Part shown: piece by piece, positions 19,168 to 29,786 of the stretch
Layout: each line of letters opens with the position of its first letter
How positions within the stretch are numbered: position 1 is the first letter of the stretch
NCBI GenBank assembly: GCA_963762075.1
Contig: CAVXJC010000006.1
Span: forward strand, 503,943 to 567,942
Source: an uncultured Actinomycetes bacterium
Lineage (GTDB): Bacteria > Actinomycetota > UBA4738 > HRBIN12
Reading direction: 5' to 3'
DNA length: 64,000 bases
Program-made: the position numbers and the translations under genes
Notes under the pieces: generated by a model
The model's database searches: none
What the model was told of the DNA's origin: nothing
Seen by the model: only the letters and a program-made list of their open reading frames with translations

Positions 19168-19866
19168 TCAGATGAACCGCCAGCTCTCGAGCAGATCGTC
19201 GAGTCGGTTGAGGCTCGCCTCGAAACCGACTTGCTCGTCGGCGAGCGTCACGCGCCAGGCGATGCCCTCCCGCGCGAACAGCACCTCACGCGACCTCACA
19301 TCACCATCGGGACCACCGAGCGTCACGTCGAATGCGACCGCATCGACGCCGTCGACCTCCATGGACCTCGACCCGCTCGTCGTGGCGCCGGCGCTCTCGT
19401 CGTAGCCGCGCACGAACTGCTCGAAGCGAGCCAGGTCCTGACCCCTGGTGAGTGGCACAGCGGTGACCGTGATGACGGCAGCACCGTCCTGCAGCAGGAA
19501 GCGATCGAGCGGACTGTCCGCTTCTCGAGCCGCAGCCGAGACCCATCCGGCCGGGGTGCTCGCGCAGTATCCGAACCGAACGGATCTGAAGTCGGCGTCC
19601 TCGCACGCGGCGCCGCCGCGTGCCCATGACACCAACGCGAAACCGGCTGCGCCGACGAGCAGTATCAACGCGAGGGCGAACAGCACCGGGATGGTGGCCC
19701 GCGGCGACTCCTGCTCATCGGGAGGTGGCGACCCAGGGGCCTCGTCATGGCCGCCCTTCGAGGGAGGCGGCGGCATGCGGGGATCCAACGGTGGAAGCGG
19801 GAGCGACGACGCCAGGCCATCGGCGGCGCCTTCCGCGATCGCATCGCCGAGGTCGCCGAGGTCCAT
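19168..19866 (-). CDS. Hypothetical membrane-anchored protein
   Basis: Pro-rich N-terminus, one TM helix, extracytoplasmic domain with two Cys; lies between ask and asd. Confidence 0.6.
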   Translation of the reverse strand: MDLGDLGDAIAEGAADGLASSLPLPPLDPRMPPPPSKGGHDEAPGSPPPDEQESPRATIPVLFALALILLVGAAGFALVSWARGGAACEDADFRSVRFGYCASTPAGWVSAAAREADSPLDRFLLQDGAAVITVTAVPLTRGQDLARFEQFVRGYDESAGATTSGSRSMEVDGVDAVAFDVTLGGPDGDVRSREVLFAREGIAWRVTLADEQVGFEASLNRLDDLLESWRFI

Positions 19867-19871
19867 GTTCG

Positions 19872-21119
19872 TCAGCCCGTGGGGATCTCGGGTGTCGAGC
19901 CCGATTCGTCGAGCCCGAAGCGGTCGTGCACGACCCTTACCGCTCGCTCACCATCGGCCTCGCGGATCACGCACGATATACGGATCGGCGATGTGGAGAT
20001 CATCTCGATGTTGATGCCTTGGCCGGCGAGCGAATCGAACATGTCGGCGGCCACCCCCGGGTGCGTCTTCATGCCAGCGCCCACGAGTGAGAGCTTCGCG
20101 ATGTCGTCGTCGATCGTGTACGAGTCGGCGCCGATCTCCTTCACGAGGCGCTCCATCACGCTGGCGACCCGCGGCAGATCCGCACGAGGGGCTGTGAACG
20201 ACAGATCAGTGGCGCCCGCATGCGACACGTTCTGCACGATCATGTCGATCGAGATGGCATCGTCGGCGATCGCCTTGAATACCGTTGCCGCCATCCCCGG
20301 CCGGTCGGGCACGCGGTCGAGCGTCACCTTCGCTTCGTCGGTGTCGAGCGCCACACCCGAGATCAGCACGCCTTCCATCGGTTCATCGACCTCCTGGACC
20401 CATGTTCCCTGCTCGTCGTCGAACGACGACCGTACGTGCAGGCGCACGCCCGTGCGACGCGCGTACTCGACCGAGCGCGATTGCAACACGTTCGCACCCG
20501 CAGCCGCCAACTCGAGCATCTCGTCGTAGCTCACGACGTCGAGCTTGCGCGCCGCCGCGACGATGCGAGGGTCGGTCGTGTAGATGCCGGCCACGTCGCT
20601 GTAGATCTCACACACCTCCGCCCCGATCGCCGCGGCCATCGCGACCGCCGTGAGATCGGAGCCTCCTCGGCCGAGGGTCGTGATCTCGAACTGGCTGACA
20701 CTCAGTCCCTGGAAGCCCGCGAGCACCACGACGTTGCCCGCACCAAGGGCCTCGAGGATGCGCCCTGGACGGATCTCGACGATCTTGGCTTGCCCGTGCT
20801 GGTGGTCGGTCATGATGCCCGCTTGCGACCCGGTGTAGCTCGCCGCCCGGCACCCTCTGGCGTTGATCGCGATGCCGAGCAACGACATCGCGATGCGCTC
20901 CCCGGCGGTGAGCAGCATGTCGAGCTCACGAGGATCGGGCACGGTCGCGATCTCGGTCGCCATGGCGAGCAGCTCATCGGTCGTGTGGCCCATCGCCGAG
21001 ACCACGACCACGACGTCGTTGCCGCTCTCGCGAGCGTGCACGACCCGATCGGCAACAGCCTCGATACGCTCGACCGACTCGACCGAGGTGCCGCCGTACT
21101 TCTGGACGATGATGGGCAC
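19872..21119 (-). CDS. lysC: Aspartate kinase
   Basis: IVQKYGGTS, VVSAMG, TLGRGGSD, two ACT domains; GTG start at 21119. Confidence 0.95.
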   Translation of the reverse strand: MPIIVQKYGGTSVESVERIEAVADRVVHARESGNDVVVVVSAMGHTTDELLAMATEIATVPDPRELDMLLTAGERIAMSLLGIAINARGCRAASYTGSQAGIMTDHQHGQAKIVEIRPGRILEALGAGNVVVLAGFQGLSVSQFEITTLGRGGSDLTAVAMAAAIGAEVCEIYSDVAGIYTTDPRIVAAARKLDVVSYDEMLELAAAGANVLQSRSVEYARRTGVRLHVRSSFDDEQGTWVQEVDEPMEGVLISGVALDTDEAKVTLDRVPDRPGMAATVFKAIADDAISIDMIVQNVSHAGATDLSFTAPRADLPRVASVMERLVKEIGADSYTIDDDIAKLSLVGAGMKTHPGVAADMFDSLAGQGINIEMISTSPIRISCVIREADGERAVRVVHDRFGLDESGSTPEIPTG

Positions 21120-21160
21120 GCCGCGTCGCTCCTCGCCGTCGTGCGATCCCGAGTCCGAGT

Positions 21161-23248
21161 CTAGCCGCGGGCACCGCCGGTACCGGGAACGGCGAGCGCG
21201 CGGTGGAGGAAGTCGACCTCGATCTGGAGCATCGCCTCTGCGGCCGCGGGCTCGACCGGGCGGTGCGTGATGCCGCTGAGCGGGATCATCGTGTGGGGGC
21301 AGCCGGCTTCCATGAGAGCCTTGGTCATGCGGAGCGAGTGCGCGACGAAAACGTTGTCGTCGGCGATGCCATGGATCAGCAGCAGGTCTCCTTGCAGCTT
21401 CGGAGCGTCGGGGATGAGGTCGGCGTTGGCGTAGGCCTCGACGTCGGCATCGGGCATGCCGAGGTAGCGCTCGGTGTAGTGCGTGTCGTACAGACGCATG
21501 TCGGTCACCGGCGCCCCCGAGATGCCGGCGCGGAACACGTCGGGCCGACGCAGCAGGGCGGCAAGGGTCAGGTACCCCCCGTAGGACCATCCCCTGATCG
21601 CGACCCGGGAGAGATCGAGGAACGTGAATCGCTCGGCTGCCGCGCGCAAACCCTCGACCTGGTCCTCGAGCGCCACATCGACGTAGCTCCGGTAGACCGA
21701 CTGGTCCCAGTCGACACCGCGAAACGGAGTGCCGCGCCCGTCGATCACGAGCACGGCGAAGCCTTGGTCGGCCAGCCATTGCGACTCGAGCAGCGGGCGC
21801 TGGGCGCGCACGACACGTCCCCAATGCGGCCCCCCGTATGGGTCGAGCAACACCGGCAGCGGCTCGGTGGGGTCGTGTCCGTCGGGCGTGAACATCGCAG
21901 TCCGCAGCTCTCTCGGTCCCGCCGAGAAGAACACCGGTTGGGCCACGATCACCGGCGACTCCGCGACCAGCTCGAACACGTGCAGGGTCTCGCTGCCGCG
22001 GACGAGCCGCGCCCTGGCATGCGGCTCATCGACGGTCTCGGTGACGAGAACGGCGAGTTTTCCTGACGCCAGGCAGGTGTGCTGCCCCACGACATCGCTG
22101 ATGCGCTCGAGCGAGCCGTCGGCGGCAAGCTTCCACACGTGCATCTCGGTAGGCTCGCGGGTGGCCGTGAACCACACGTCGTCGGCCGCCTCGATGACGG
22201 AGTCGACCTGCAGCCCGACCGGCGAGGCGGGATCGCCGTCGATCAGCAGCATCCGTGTGTCGTCGCGGTGACCAACGGTGAGCAGGCGCCCACCGGGAAG
22301 CCACGCCGGCACGCCCGGCGTGATGTGTGTCCACCGTTCGTCGGTATCAGACCACACGACCTCGGTCACACCGGTATCGGGATCGATCGCGAGCACCAGC
22401 ATGTCGCGCTGAACTCTCGATTGCACGAGCGCGAGGGGTGGGCCTTCGTCGGTCCACGACACCGAGACTACGTACTCGAACGCGTCGCGGTCCCACGCGA
22501 CGTCGGCGCGAGAACCGTCGATGCCGAGCACATGCAGGGTCACGTTCGAGTTCGCGGTGCCTGCCTGTGGGTAACGCACCTGGCGTGGCTCGGCGGCCGG
22601 ATCGATCGGTGACGCGATATGCCAGACGCCGACCGGGCGATCGTCGACACGGCACGCGAGCAAGCGTTGCCCGTCGGGCGCCCACCAGTGGCCGCGCAGG
22701 CGTTCCATCTCTTCGGCCGCGATGAACTCTGCCACGCCCCACCGGACATCGGCGTCGGGGTCCTCGGCCAGCACCGAGTCAACGCCCCGATCCAGGGCGA
22801 TCGTGCGAAGGGCGCCGTCGGCCTCGTAGGCGACGCGCTCGCCGGTCGGATCGAGGCGCGGGTCGAACGGGTTCCCCGAGGTTTCGATCGCTCGCGTCTC
22901 ACCGCTGACCAGGTCGGTGACGTGCAGCTGCCCGCCGGCAGCGAAGGTCGCACGCCGAAGACCGGGGTCGGTGTCGTACGACGTGACGCCCGACAGCGGC
23001 TCGCGTGCGCGTTCCCGGCGATCGAGCTCTTCCTGGGTGACGAGCTCCTCAGCCGCCGCGGGGTGGTACACCTCGCGTTCCTCGCCGGTCGCGACATCAA
23101 GCACCCAGAGACCCGCCACCGTGTCGTCGCCCGAGCGCGTTCGCAGGAAGCTGACGCGCGAACCGTCATCGGCGATGCGGAAGCCTCTCGGCAATCCGAG
23201 GTTGAACCCTCGCGTGCGCGCGAACTGCCGGGGGAACGACTCGGTCAC
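21161..23248 (-). CDS. S9B family peptidase (dipeptidyl peptidase IV-like)
   Basis: GWSYGG nucleophile motif, HGIADDNV, EEM in the propeller, YDTHYTERY. Confidence 0.92.
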   Translation of the reverse strand: MTESFPRQFARTRGFNLGLPRGFRIADDGSRVSFLRTRSGDDTVAGLWVLDVATGEEREVYHPAAAEELVTQEELDRRERAREPLSGVTSYDTDPGLRRATFAAGGQLHVTDLVSGETRAIETSGNPFDPRLDPTGERVAYEADGALRTIALDRGVDSVLAEDPDADVRWGVAEFIAAEEMERLRGHWWAPDGQRLLACRVDDRPVGVWHIASPIDPAAEPRQVRYPQAGTANSNVTLHVLGIDGSRADVAWDRDAFEYVVSVSWTDEGPPLALVQSRVQRDMLVLAIDPDTGVTEVVWSDTDERWTHITPGVPAWLPGGRLLTVGHRDDTRMLLIDGDPASPVGLQVDSVIEAADDVWFTATREPTEMHVWKLAADGSLERISDVVGQHTCLASGKLAVLVTETVDEPHARARLVRGSETLHVFELVAESPVIVAQPVFFSAGPRELRTAMFTPDGHDPTEPLPVLLDPYGGPHWGRVVRAQRPLLESQWLADQGFAVLVIDGRGTPFRGVDWDQSVYRSYVDVALEDQVEGLRAAAERFTFLDLSRVAIRGWSYGGYLTLAALLRRPDVFRAGISGAPVTDMRLYDTHYTERYLGMPDADVEAYANADLIPDAPKLQGDLLLIHGIADDNVFVAHSLRMTKALMEAGCPHTMIPLSGITHRPVEPAAAEAMLQIEVDFLHRALAVPGTGGARG

Positions 23249-23793
23249 ACGCGATCCTCGGCTGCGCCGAGCTTGACGACAGCGTCGCCGACCCGAACCG
23301 TTCCGCCCTCGACGACGAGTGCGTTCATGCCACGAAGCCGCGCGGCCCTTCCTTCTCGGGAGCTCACGAATCGGAGGGCCTCGTCGCCGAATCGAGACGA
23401 AAACTTCGAGCATCCCGTATGCGGCTTGGAGCTCGCTTCCAGCAGCGCCTCGCCGATGCGGAGCCTGGTTCCGGGAGGCAGGTTCGCCAGGCTCAGGTCC
23501 AGGTCGACGAAGAGCTGGTCGCCTGCGAGCGGCCACCGATCGACATCGCCCGCCAGCAGCGCGATACACCGGACGTTCATCAGGGTGACCTCTGCGTCTG
23601 GGTTCGGACGCGGCCTCGAGCTCCATGAGTCGCCCACCACACCTCGGCCGGGCTCGATACGCGCCTCGGTCACGACCTCACGCTCGTCCTCGGCGGGTCG
23701 CCGCACGACCAACTCGAGCCTGCCCTCATCACGCGGCGACCCCAGGATGTGCCCGAGCCCTTCCCGCAGCTCCTCGAGCCCGAGAACAGTCAC
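23245..23793 (-). CDS. MOSC domain protein
   Basis: 'LAGDQLFVDLDLS..NLPPGTRLRIG', PHTGCSKF; GGAGG SD before GTG 23793. Confidence 0.85.
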   Translation of the reverse strand: MTVLGLEELREGLGHILGSPRDEGRLELVVRRPAEDEREVVTEARIEPGRGVVGDSWSSRPRPNPDAEVTLMNVRCIALLAGDVDRWPLAGDQLFVDLDLSLANLPPGTRLRIGEALLEASSKPHTGCSKFSSRFGDEALRFVSSREGRAARLRGMNALVVEGGTVRVGDAVVKLGAAEDRV

Positions 23794-23848
23794 GTGAGAT
23801 CGCCTCCCCGTTCGGATCGGTGGACGCCATCGAACGTACCATCGCGTC

Positions 23849-24871
23849 ATGCGCGCTTGGCTCCTGCACGGGACCGACGGCCCCGAGTCGTATGCGCTCG
23901 GCGACATACCGACGCCCGAGCCCGGGGTCGGTGAGGTGCGGGTGGCGCTGCGTGCATCGGCCTTGAACCATCTCGATCTATGGGTGTCTCGGGGCCTGCC
24001 CGCTCCGCCCTCATCGCCCCACGTCGGCGGCGCCGACGGGGCCGGCGTCATCGATGCGATCGGTGGAGGCGTCGACGACGTCGCGGTCGGTGACGAGGTC
24101 GTGATCGATCCGTCCACGTCGTGCGGCACCTGCTCGTCGTGCCTGCGCGGCGACGTACCGTTCTGTCGCGATTTCCGCATCATCGGCGAGCACCGCTCGG
24201 GGACCCACGGCGAAGCGGTCGTCGTGCCGGCCGAGAACGTGCGATCGAAGCCATCGCCGCTCTCGTGGGAGCGGGCCGCCGCGTCGGGACTCGTGACTTC
24301 GTCGGCGTTGCGGATGCTCCGCCGCGCGCGGTTCGAACCTGGAGCCGACGTGCTCGTCGTCGGAGTAGGCGGCGGCACGTCGAGCGCCGCCCTGCTGCTG
24401 GCCCTCGCGCTCGGCGCCGGCACCGTCTGGGTGACCTCCCGCGACGAGCGCAAGCTGTCTTGGGCGGTCGATCACGGCGCGGCGGGAGGCTGGATCACCT
24501 CGGAGCCATACGACGAGGGCGTTCGCCAGGCGACCGAAGGCCGAGGCGTCGACGTCGTCGTCGACAACGTCGGCTCCATCACGTTCGCGCGATCGCTCCG
24601 CTCGCTCACTCGAGGCGGGCGCCTCGTGACGAACGGATCGACAACCGGCCGAACCGCCGAGCTGCACCTTCCGGCGTTGTTCTGGAGACAGCTCGAGGTG
24701 ATCGGTTCGACGATGAACGATCACAGGGAGTTCGCCGACGCCATGCAGCTCGTCGGCAGCGGAACGGTCGAGATCCCGATCGACGCGACCTATCCGTTCG
24801 AGGCATTTCCCACGGCACTGGCGAGGCTCGACTCGGGGGACCATCTCGGCAAGATCGTGCTCGGCCGCTGA
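23849..24871 (+). CDS. Zinc-binding MDR dehydrogenase
   Basis: ALNHLDLW, CGTCSSC...C, GVGGG, GKIVL. Confidence 0.9.
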   Translation: MRAWLLHGTDGPESYALGDIPTPEPGVGEVRVALRASALNHLDLWVSRGLPAPPSSPHVGGADGAGVIDAIGGGVDDVAVGDEVVIDPSTSCGTCSSCLRGDVPFCRDFRIIGEHRSGTHGEAVVVPAENVRSKPSPLSWERAAASGLVTSSALRMLRRARFEPGADVLVVGVGGGTSSAALLLALALGAGTVWVTSRDERKLSWAVDHGAAGGWITSEPYDEGVRQATEGRGVDVVVDNVGSITFARSLRSLTRGGRLVTNGSTTGRTAELHLPALFWRQLEVIGSTMNDHREFADAMQLVGSGTVEIPIDATYPFEAFPTALARLDSGDHLGKIVLGR

Positions 24872-24996
24872 ATGGAACCACCACGGGCCGCGCACGCGTC
24901 ACAACCGTGTCACACGCCGGTACCCCCGCGGCATGTCCTGGTCGTACTGCTCCACGTATCGCCCGGCCCCGCGGGACGGACACGAGAGGTGAGGCC

Positions 24997-25584
24997 GTGC
25001 TCGAAGAGCGCACCGATTCCGAGCTGCTGATCGCATCGCGCACCGAACCAGAAGCATTCACCGAGCTCTACCGGCGTCACGCCGAGGATCTGCTGCGCTA
25101 CTTCGCACGGCGCACCCTCGATCCCGAGACGGCGGCCGAGCTGACCGCCGAGACGTTCGCCGAAGCGTTCGCTTCGCGCGCCAACTATCGAGACCAAGGG
25201 GTGAACGGCGTGGCATGGCTCTACGGCATCGCCCGACACCGGCTCGGACGGTTCTTCCGCAGCGGCCGCGTCGAGGCCGCAGCCCGCCGCAGGCTCGGCA
25301 TGCCCGAGCGCGACCTCGCTCCCCAGGACTACGAGCGCATCGAAGACCTGATCGACTTCGCACCGATCCGCGAGGCTCTGGTCGAAGCGCTCGACACGCT
25401 GAACGAAGAGCAGCGCGACGCCCTTCGCCTGCGGGTGATCGACGGCCTCGGATACGCCGAAGTCGCCGAACGCCTGAAGTGCACGGAACAGAACGCCCGA
25501 CAGCGGGTGAGCCGGGGCCTGAGGAAGATCGCACTGCTGCTGCAGGAACGTGGATTGCAGCTCACCACGGAGGTTGAGACATGA
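24997..25584 (+). CDS. ECF RNA polymerase sigma factor
   Basis: Region 2 'AAELTAETFAEAF...WLYGIAR'; region 4 'GYAEVAERL...ARQRVSRGL'. Confidence 0.9.
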   Translation: MLEERTDSELLIASRTEPEAFTELYRRHAEDLLRYFARRTLDPETAAELTAETFAEAFASRANYRDQGVNGVAWLYGIARHRLGRFFRSGRVEAAARRRLGMPERDLAPQDYERIEDLIDFAPIREALVEALDTLNEEQRDALRLRVIDGLGYAEVAERLKCTEQNARQRVSRGLRKIALLLQERGLQLTTEVET

Positions 25585-26772
25585 ACACCGACATCAAGGC
25601 ACTGCAGTTGTTGGAACGAGACCTCGAGGCGGTCGCCGCGCGAGAGCGCGACCGGCTCGCCTCGCTCGAGCGGGCCCTCGACGGCGATGGACCTGGTGCG
25701 CCGCGCGCACCTTCCCCGGCGCGGACGCGGCGGTTCACACGCATGGAGCGGTATCGCCGCGGCCCTGGTCGCGGTGCTCGTGCTCGCAGGCGGGATCGGC
25801 TTCCTGTCACAGGGCGGAGGCTCGGGCAACGACGCCGAACCGGCGAGCGGAGGTTCGGACTCGGTCTCCAAGGGCGCTCTGCAAGCAACTCCGGCCCCCG
25901 CCCGCGAGGAGAGTGCTGCAGATCAAGCTGTGGCTCCCGGCACAGGTGGGTTCATAGAATCGCCGAACGAGCGCCTGCAAGCGGAGAACGATGCCGCGAT
26001 GTCCTACCTCGGTCAAGCAGGTGGTGGAAACGCGGCCGACCCTGCCCCACGCGAAGGAGTCGGGGCGATTCCCGCGACGCAGGGTGATCTCACGAAGATC
26101 GTCCGCGACGGACGCATCGGAATCGTGATCGCCGACGGTTCCTTCTCCAAGGGCGTCTCGCGCGTCACGCAGATCGCGCGGTCGACCGGTGGCTTCGTGC
26201 TCGAATCCACCTCGCGCGACGAGCGTTCCGGCACGCTGACCCTGCGCATCCCGGCGAGGCGGTTCGACGACGCCATGCTCGCGCTCCGCGGGCTCGCCGA
26301 CGAGCTCGATGGCGAGGTCGAGTTCCAAGACATCAGCGGGCAGGACGTCACGGCCGAGTTCATCGACCTCGGCGCCCGCCTCGAGATCCTGCAGGACCGA
26401 CGGGATCTGCTCCGCGACATCCAGGCCGACGCGACCTCGTCGTCGGAGATCCTGCGGCTCGCCGCGCTGATCGACGACGTGACCCTGCAGATCGAGAACA
26501 TCCAGGGACGGCTGAACTTCCTGAAGGATCAGGTTGCCGAGGCCACGATCAAGGTCGAGGTACGCGAACGCGACGTCGAGCGCGAGGATCCGAGCCCTGA
26601 TCCTGAGAATCCGAGCCTCACCGACTCGTTCGAGCTCGCCCTCCAAGGATTCCTGCGCATCGTCGGTGCGATCGTGATCGGCCTCGGCTACCTGATCCCG
26701 CTCGCTGTGATCGCGCTGCTCGTCTGGGGTGTGCTCACGCTGGTGCGGCGTCGCGATCGCGGAGCCAGCTGA
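25581..26772 (+). CDS. Putative anti-sigma / DUF4349 membrane protein, with a frameshift near 25690-25740
   Basis: GGAGG SD and ATGA overlap with the sigma gene at 25581; TM helix and DUF4349-like 'KIVRDG...LTLRIP...DVTAEFIDL' lie in the +1 frame. Confidence 0.7.
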
Positions 26773-27325
26773 GCGCCCGGAACCGTTCGGCTGCTGCCGA
26801 GGCCACATGCGCGTCTTGTCCCGCGCGGCCCTCGGTGGCGCCGAACCAGGCGTCTGCTTCGAGCCATGCGGTCTCGATCTCGTTGTGGGGCCGCAGCCGG
26901 CCGTGTGAGCGGAACGCATCGACCGACCCGTAGCGCGTGATCGCCCCGTCGAGGTGCTGTTGTTCGAACTCGAGCCCGTACGGGGGCATGCGCTCCAGGT
27001 GATGGAGCGCCCAGAGCAGGGTGCCGAGCGCTTCCTTGCGCCACATCGCATCGGCCACAGCCTCGCGTGGCCACGACCCTGAGGGCGACTCGAGAAGCGA
27101 CCGTTCGGCGGCGGTGACCGCGGGCCAAACGGCCTCGCGTTCGAGCCAGTCGTCGGTCTCTCGGCGTGCCGCCTCGGCTTGTCTGACACGGCCCGGATCG
27201 CCCTCCGACTCGTTCACGACGAACTCGATTGAGCCCCGACGCACGAACGCGTACAGCACGAGTGCCCGGTCGCTCACCTCATCAACGGTCGGCCTCGTCA
27301 CGTCGGGGTCGCCTCGACGCCTCAC
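26735..27325 (-). CDS. DUF4272-like hypothetical protein
   Basis: '[13 protein letters not shown]' and 'ERFRALSWL' resemble DUF4272; coupled to recR stop. Confidence 0.65.
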   Translation of the reverse strand: MRRRGDPDVTRPTVDEVSDRALVLYAFVRRGSIEFVVNESEGDPGRVRQAEAARRETDDWLEREAVWPAVTAAERSLLESPSGSWPREAVADAMWRKEALGTLLWALHHLERMPPYGLEFEQQHLDGAITRYGSVDAFRSHGRLRPHNEIETAWLEADAWFGATEGRAGQDAHVASAAAERFRALSWLRDRDAAPA

Positions 27326-27915
27326 ATCTCGCGACGGCCGTCCAGTGCCTGGGAGAGGGTCACCTCGTCGGCGTACTCGAGATCGCCGCCGACCGGCAGG
27401 CCGCTCGCGAGCCGGGTCACCCGCACCCCGACCGGCTTCAGCAGCGCCGCCACGTACATCGCCGTCGCGTTGCCCTCGAGGTTGGGGTTCGTCGCCACGA
27501 TGACCTCGGTCACGTGGTCGCGTTCGACCCGGTCGAGCAGCTCCTGCACGCGAAGATCGTCGGGCCCGACACCGTCGAGCGGGCTGATCGCACCGCCCAA
27601 GATGTGGAAGCGACCCTTGATGAGCGAGGTCTTCTCGATCGTGGCGGCGTCCTTCGGGTCCTCGACCACACAGAGCAGCGTGCGGTCGCGCGACTCATCG
27701 CGGCAGATGCGGCAGAGATCGCCCTCGGCCACGTTGCCGCATTCCCGACAGAAAGCGATGCGATCCTTCGCCTGCACGATCGCGGCGGCGAGCCTCTTCG
27801 CGTCGGTGGGATCGGCCTTCACGAGCCAGAACGCGAGCCGCTGCGCCGATTTCGGTCCGACGCCGGGAAGTCGCGCGAGCTCGTCGATCAGCTCCTGGAT
27901 GGGACCTTCGTACAC
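27322..27915 (-). CDS. recR: Recombination mediator RecR
   Basis: [12 protein letters not shown]4 zinc finger, TOPRIM 'ATNPNLEG', [12 protein letters not shown]. Confidence 0.97.
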   Translation of the reverse strand: MYEGPIQELIDELARLPGVGPKSAQRLAFWLVKADPTDAKRLAAAIVQAKDRIAFCRECGNVAEGDLCRICRDESRDRTLLCVVEDPKDAATIEKTSLIKGRFHILGGAISPLDGVGPDDLRVQELLDRVERDHVTEVIVATNPNLEGNATAMYVAALLKPVGVRVTRLASGLPVGGDLEYADEVTLSQALDGRREM

Positions 27916-27918
27916 CGA

Positions 27919-29730
27919 CTACTCCGCCCGCTCCGGGTCGCCCGAGACCTGGGCGCCCAGCATCTCCTGCACCCGCTTGAGTGCTGCGGCCTCATCGACG
28001 ACCTCGTCTTCTTCGACGATCTCGATCGTGGTCGGTCCGCTCGCATCGCGCACCTCGCGGACGACACAGACGATATCGGGCCTGATGCCGAACATGTCAC
28101 CGAGCACCGCCTTCAGCTCGGACTTCTTGCCGTCGACCTTCTGGGGACCGACCTTGCGATCGGGCGGGAACGCAAGCTCGAGGGTCGTGCCGTCGTAACT
28201 CGCGACGGTGGCCGATTCGAGGATGGCCGCGAGGATCATCTCGCGATCGCTCGAAAGGTGATCGAGCAGGGACTGCCACGACCTGCGAAGCAAAGCGACA
28301 TCGACGGCGCCTGCGTCTGCAGCGTGCGGCACCGGCATCTGTTGCGCCGGTGCCTCGAGTGAGGTGACGGCGTCTGCGGCCGGCGAAACGCTCGCCGGCG
28401 CCTCAGAGATCTCAGGGGTCACCTCGGGCAATTCCACGATCTCGAGCTCCGGCGATGCCACCGCGTGCGGGGACTCAACCGCGCCCGCGGGCTCGACATC
28501 GTCGACGGGACTGGGCGGACCCTTCACCTGGGCGACGTCGGCAGGCGTGGGTACGACCGCGCCCGGGTCGAGGTTGGCGAGTCGCTCGAGCCGTTCGATG
28601 CGAGTGAGCAGGCCCGACGGATCTGCATCGGTCTCGGGCATCGTCGCCCGAACGAGCGCGAGCTCGAGCGAGAGCCTGGGCGAGGTCGTCCAGCGCATGT
28701 CGTTCTGGGCAGCGAGCAGCAGGGCGAGCACCCGAGCGAGCTCGCCCGGCGTGAACTTCTCGGCCTGGATGCGCAGCGTGTCGTACGCGTCGTCGGGGAC
28801 GTCGACGAGATCGGGCTGACCAGGAGCTGCCTTCACCAACAAGAGGTTGCGGAAATGCGCGAGCGACTCGGAGGTCACGTTCCGCAGGTCCTGACCATCC
28901 TGCACGAGGCGGCCGACGATCTCGAACACACCCTTGGCGTCGCCGATCGCGACCGCATCGGCGAGATCATGCTGCACCTCGCTACGAGGGGCACCGAGCA
29001 ACGTGCGAACCACGCCGTCGTCGATCGCAGCGCCCCCGAGCACGCGAGCCTGGTCGAGCAAAGAGAGCGCGTCGCGCGACGACCCCTCGGCCTGACGGGC
29101 GATCGCCTGCGCGGCCGAGTCGGTGAGCGTCGCGCCTTCGGCCGAGGCGATCGACTGGAGCTGTGCGGTCAGCGTGTCCAGGCCGAACCGACGGAAGTCG
29201 AATCGCTGGGAGCGACCGACGATCGTCGCCGGCATCTTGTGCGGCTCGGTCGTGGCGAGCACGAACCTCACTCCTGGAGGTGGTTCCTCGAAGACCTTGA
29301 GCAACGCGTCGAACGCTTCGCGCGACAGGCGCTGCGCCTCATCGATGATGTAGACCTTCTCGCGCCCCTGCACCGGCGCTGTCGGCGCCTTCTCTCGGAG
29401 CTCGCGCGCATCCTCGACTCCGCCGTGGCTCGCCGCATCGATCTCGACCACATCGAGATGGGTGCCTTCGCGCACCGCGACACACTGCGAGCACTCGCCG
29501 CACGGCTCGGCGGTAGGTCCCTGTTCGCAGTTGACCATCTTGGCCAGGATGCGAGCCGTCGATGTCTTGCCGGTGCCCCGGGGCCCGCAGAACAGGAACG
29601 CGTGATGGAGCCTTCCCTCGCGGATCGCACCCGTGAGCGCGCGCATGACGTGGTCCTGGCCGAGCACCTCGGTAGGCGTCTGCGGCCGATATCGGCGGTA
29701 GAGGGCCTGATGCTGCTTCTCGTCCGCCAC
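27919..29730 (-). CDS. dnaX: DNA polymerase III subunit gamma/tau
   Basis: LYRRYRPQ, GPRGTGKT, EIDAAS, IIDEA, ATTEPHK. Confidence 0.97.
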   Translation of the reverse strand: MADEKQHQALYRRYRPQTPTEVLGQDHVMRALTGAIREGRLHHAFLFCGPRGTGKTSTARILAKMVNCEQGPTAEPCGECSQCVAVREGTHLDVVEIDAASHGGVEDARELREKAPTAPVQGREKVYIIDEAQRLSREAFDALLKVFEEPPPGVRFVLATTEPHKMPATIVGRSQRFDFRRFGLDTLTAQLQSIASAEGATLTDSAAQAIARQAEGSSRDALSLLDQARVLGGAAIDDGVVRTLLGAPRSEVQHDLADAVAIGDAKGVFEIVGRLVQDGQDLRNVTSESLAHFRNLLLVKAAPGQPDLVDVPDDAYDTLRIQAEKFTPGELARVLALLLAAQNDMRWTTSPRLSLELALVRATMPETDADPSGLLTRIERLERLANLDPGAVVPTPADVAQVKGPPSPVDDVEPAGAVESPHAVASPELEIVELPEVTPEISEAPASVSPAADAVTSLEAPAQQMPVPHAADAGAVDVALLRRSWQSLLDHLSSDREMILAAILESATVASYDGTTLELAFPPDRKVGPQKVDGKKSELKAVLGDMFGIRPDIVCVVREVRDASGPTTIEIVEEDEVVDEAAALKRVQEMLGAQVSGDPERAE

Positions 29731-29786
29731 GTGCCGTCACCCGCTTCCGGTCATACCGTTCGTCGCGCTCCCGCAGGAGTGAAAAG

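Noticed and set aside
23793-23830. Apparent frameshift in the MOSC gene (upstream ATG at 23830 in another frame)
   Set aside because: A GGAGG SD with an in-frame GTG at 23793 explains the gene without a shift
27919-29730. Programmed frameshift in dnaX
   Set aside because: No A-rich slippery heptamer seen; single continuous ORF
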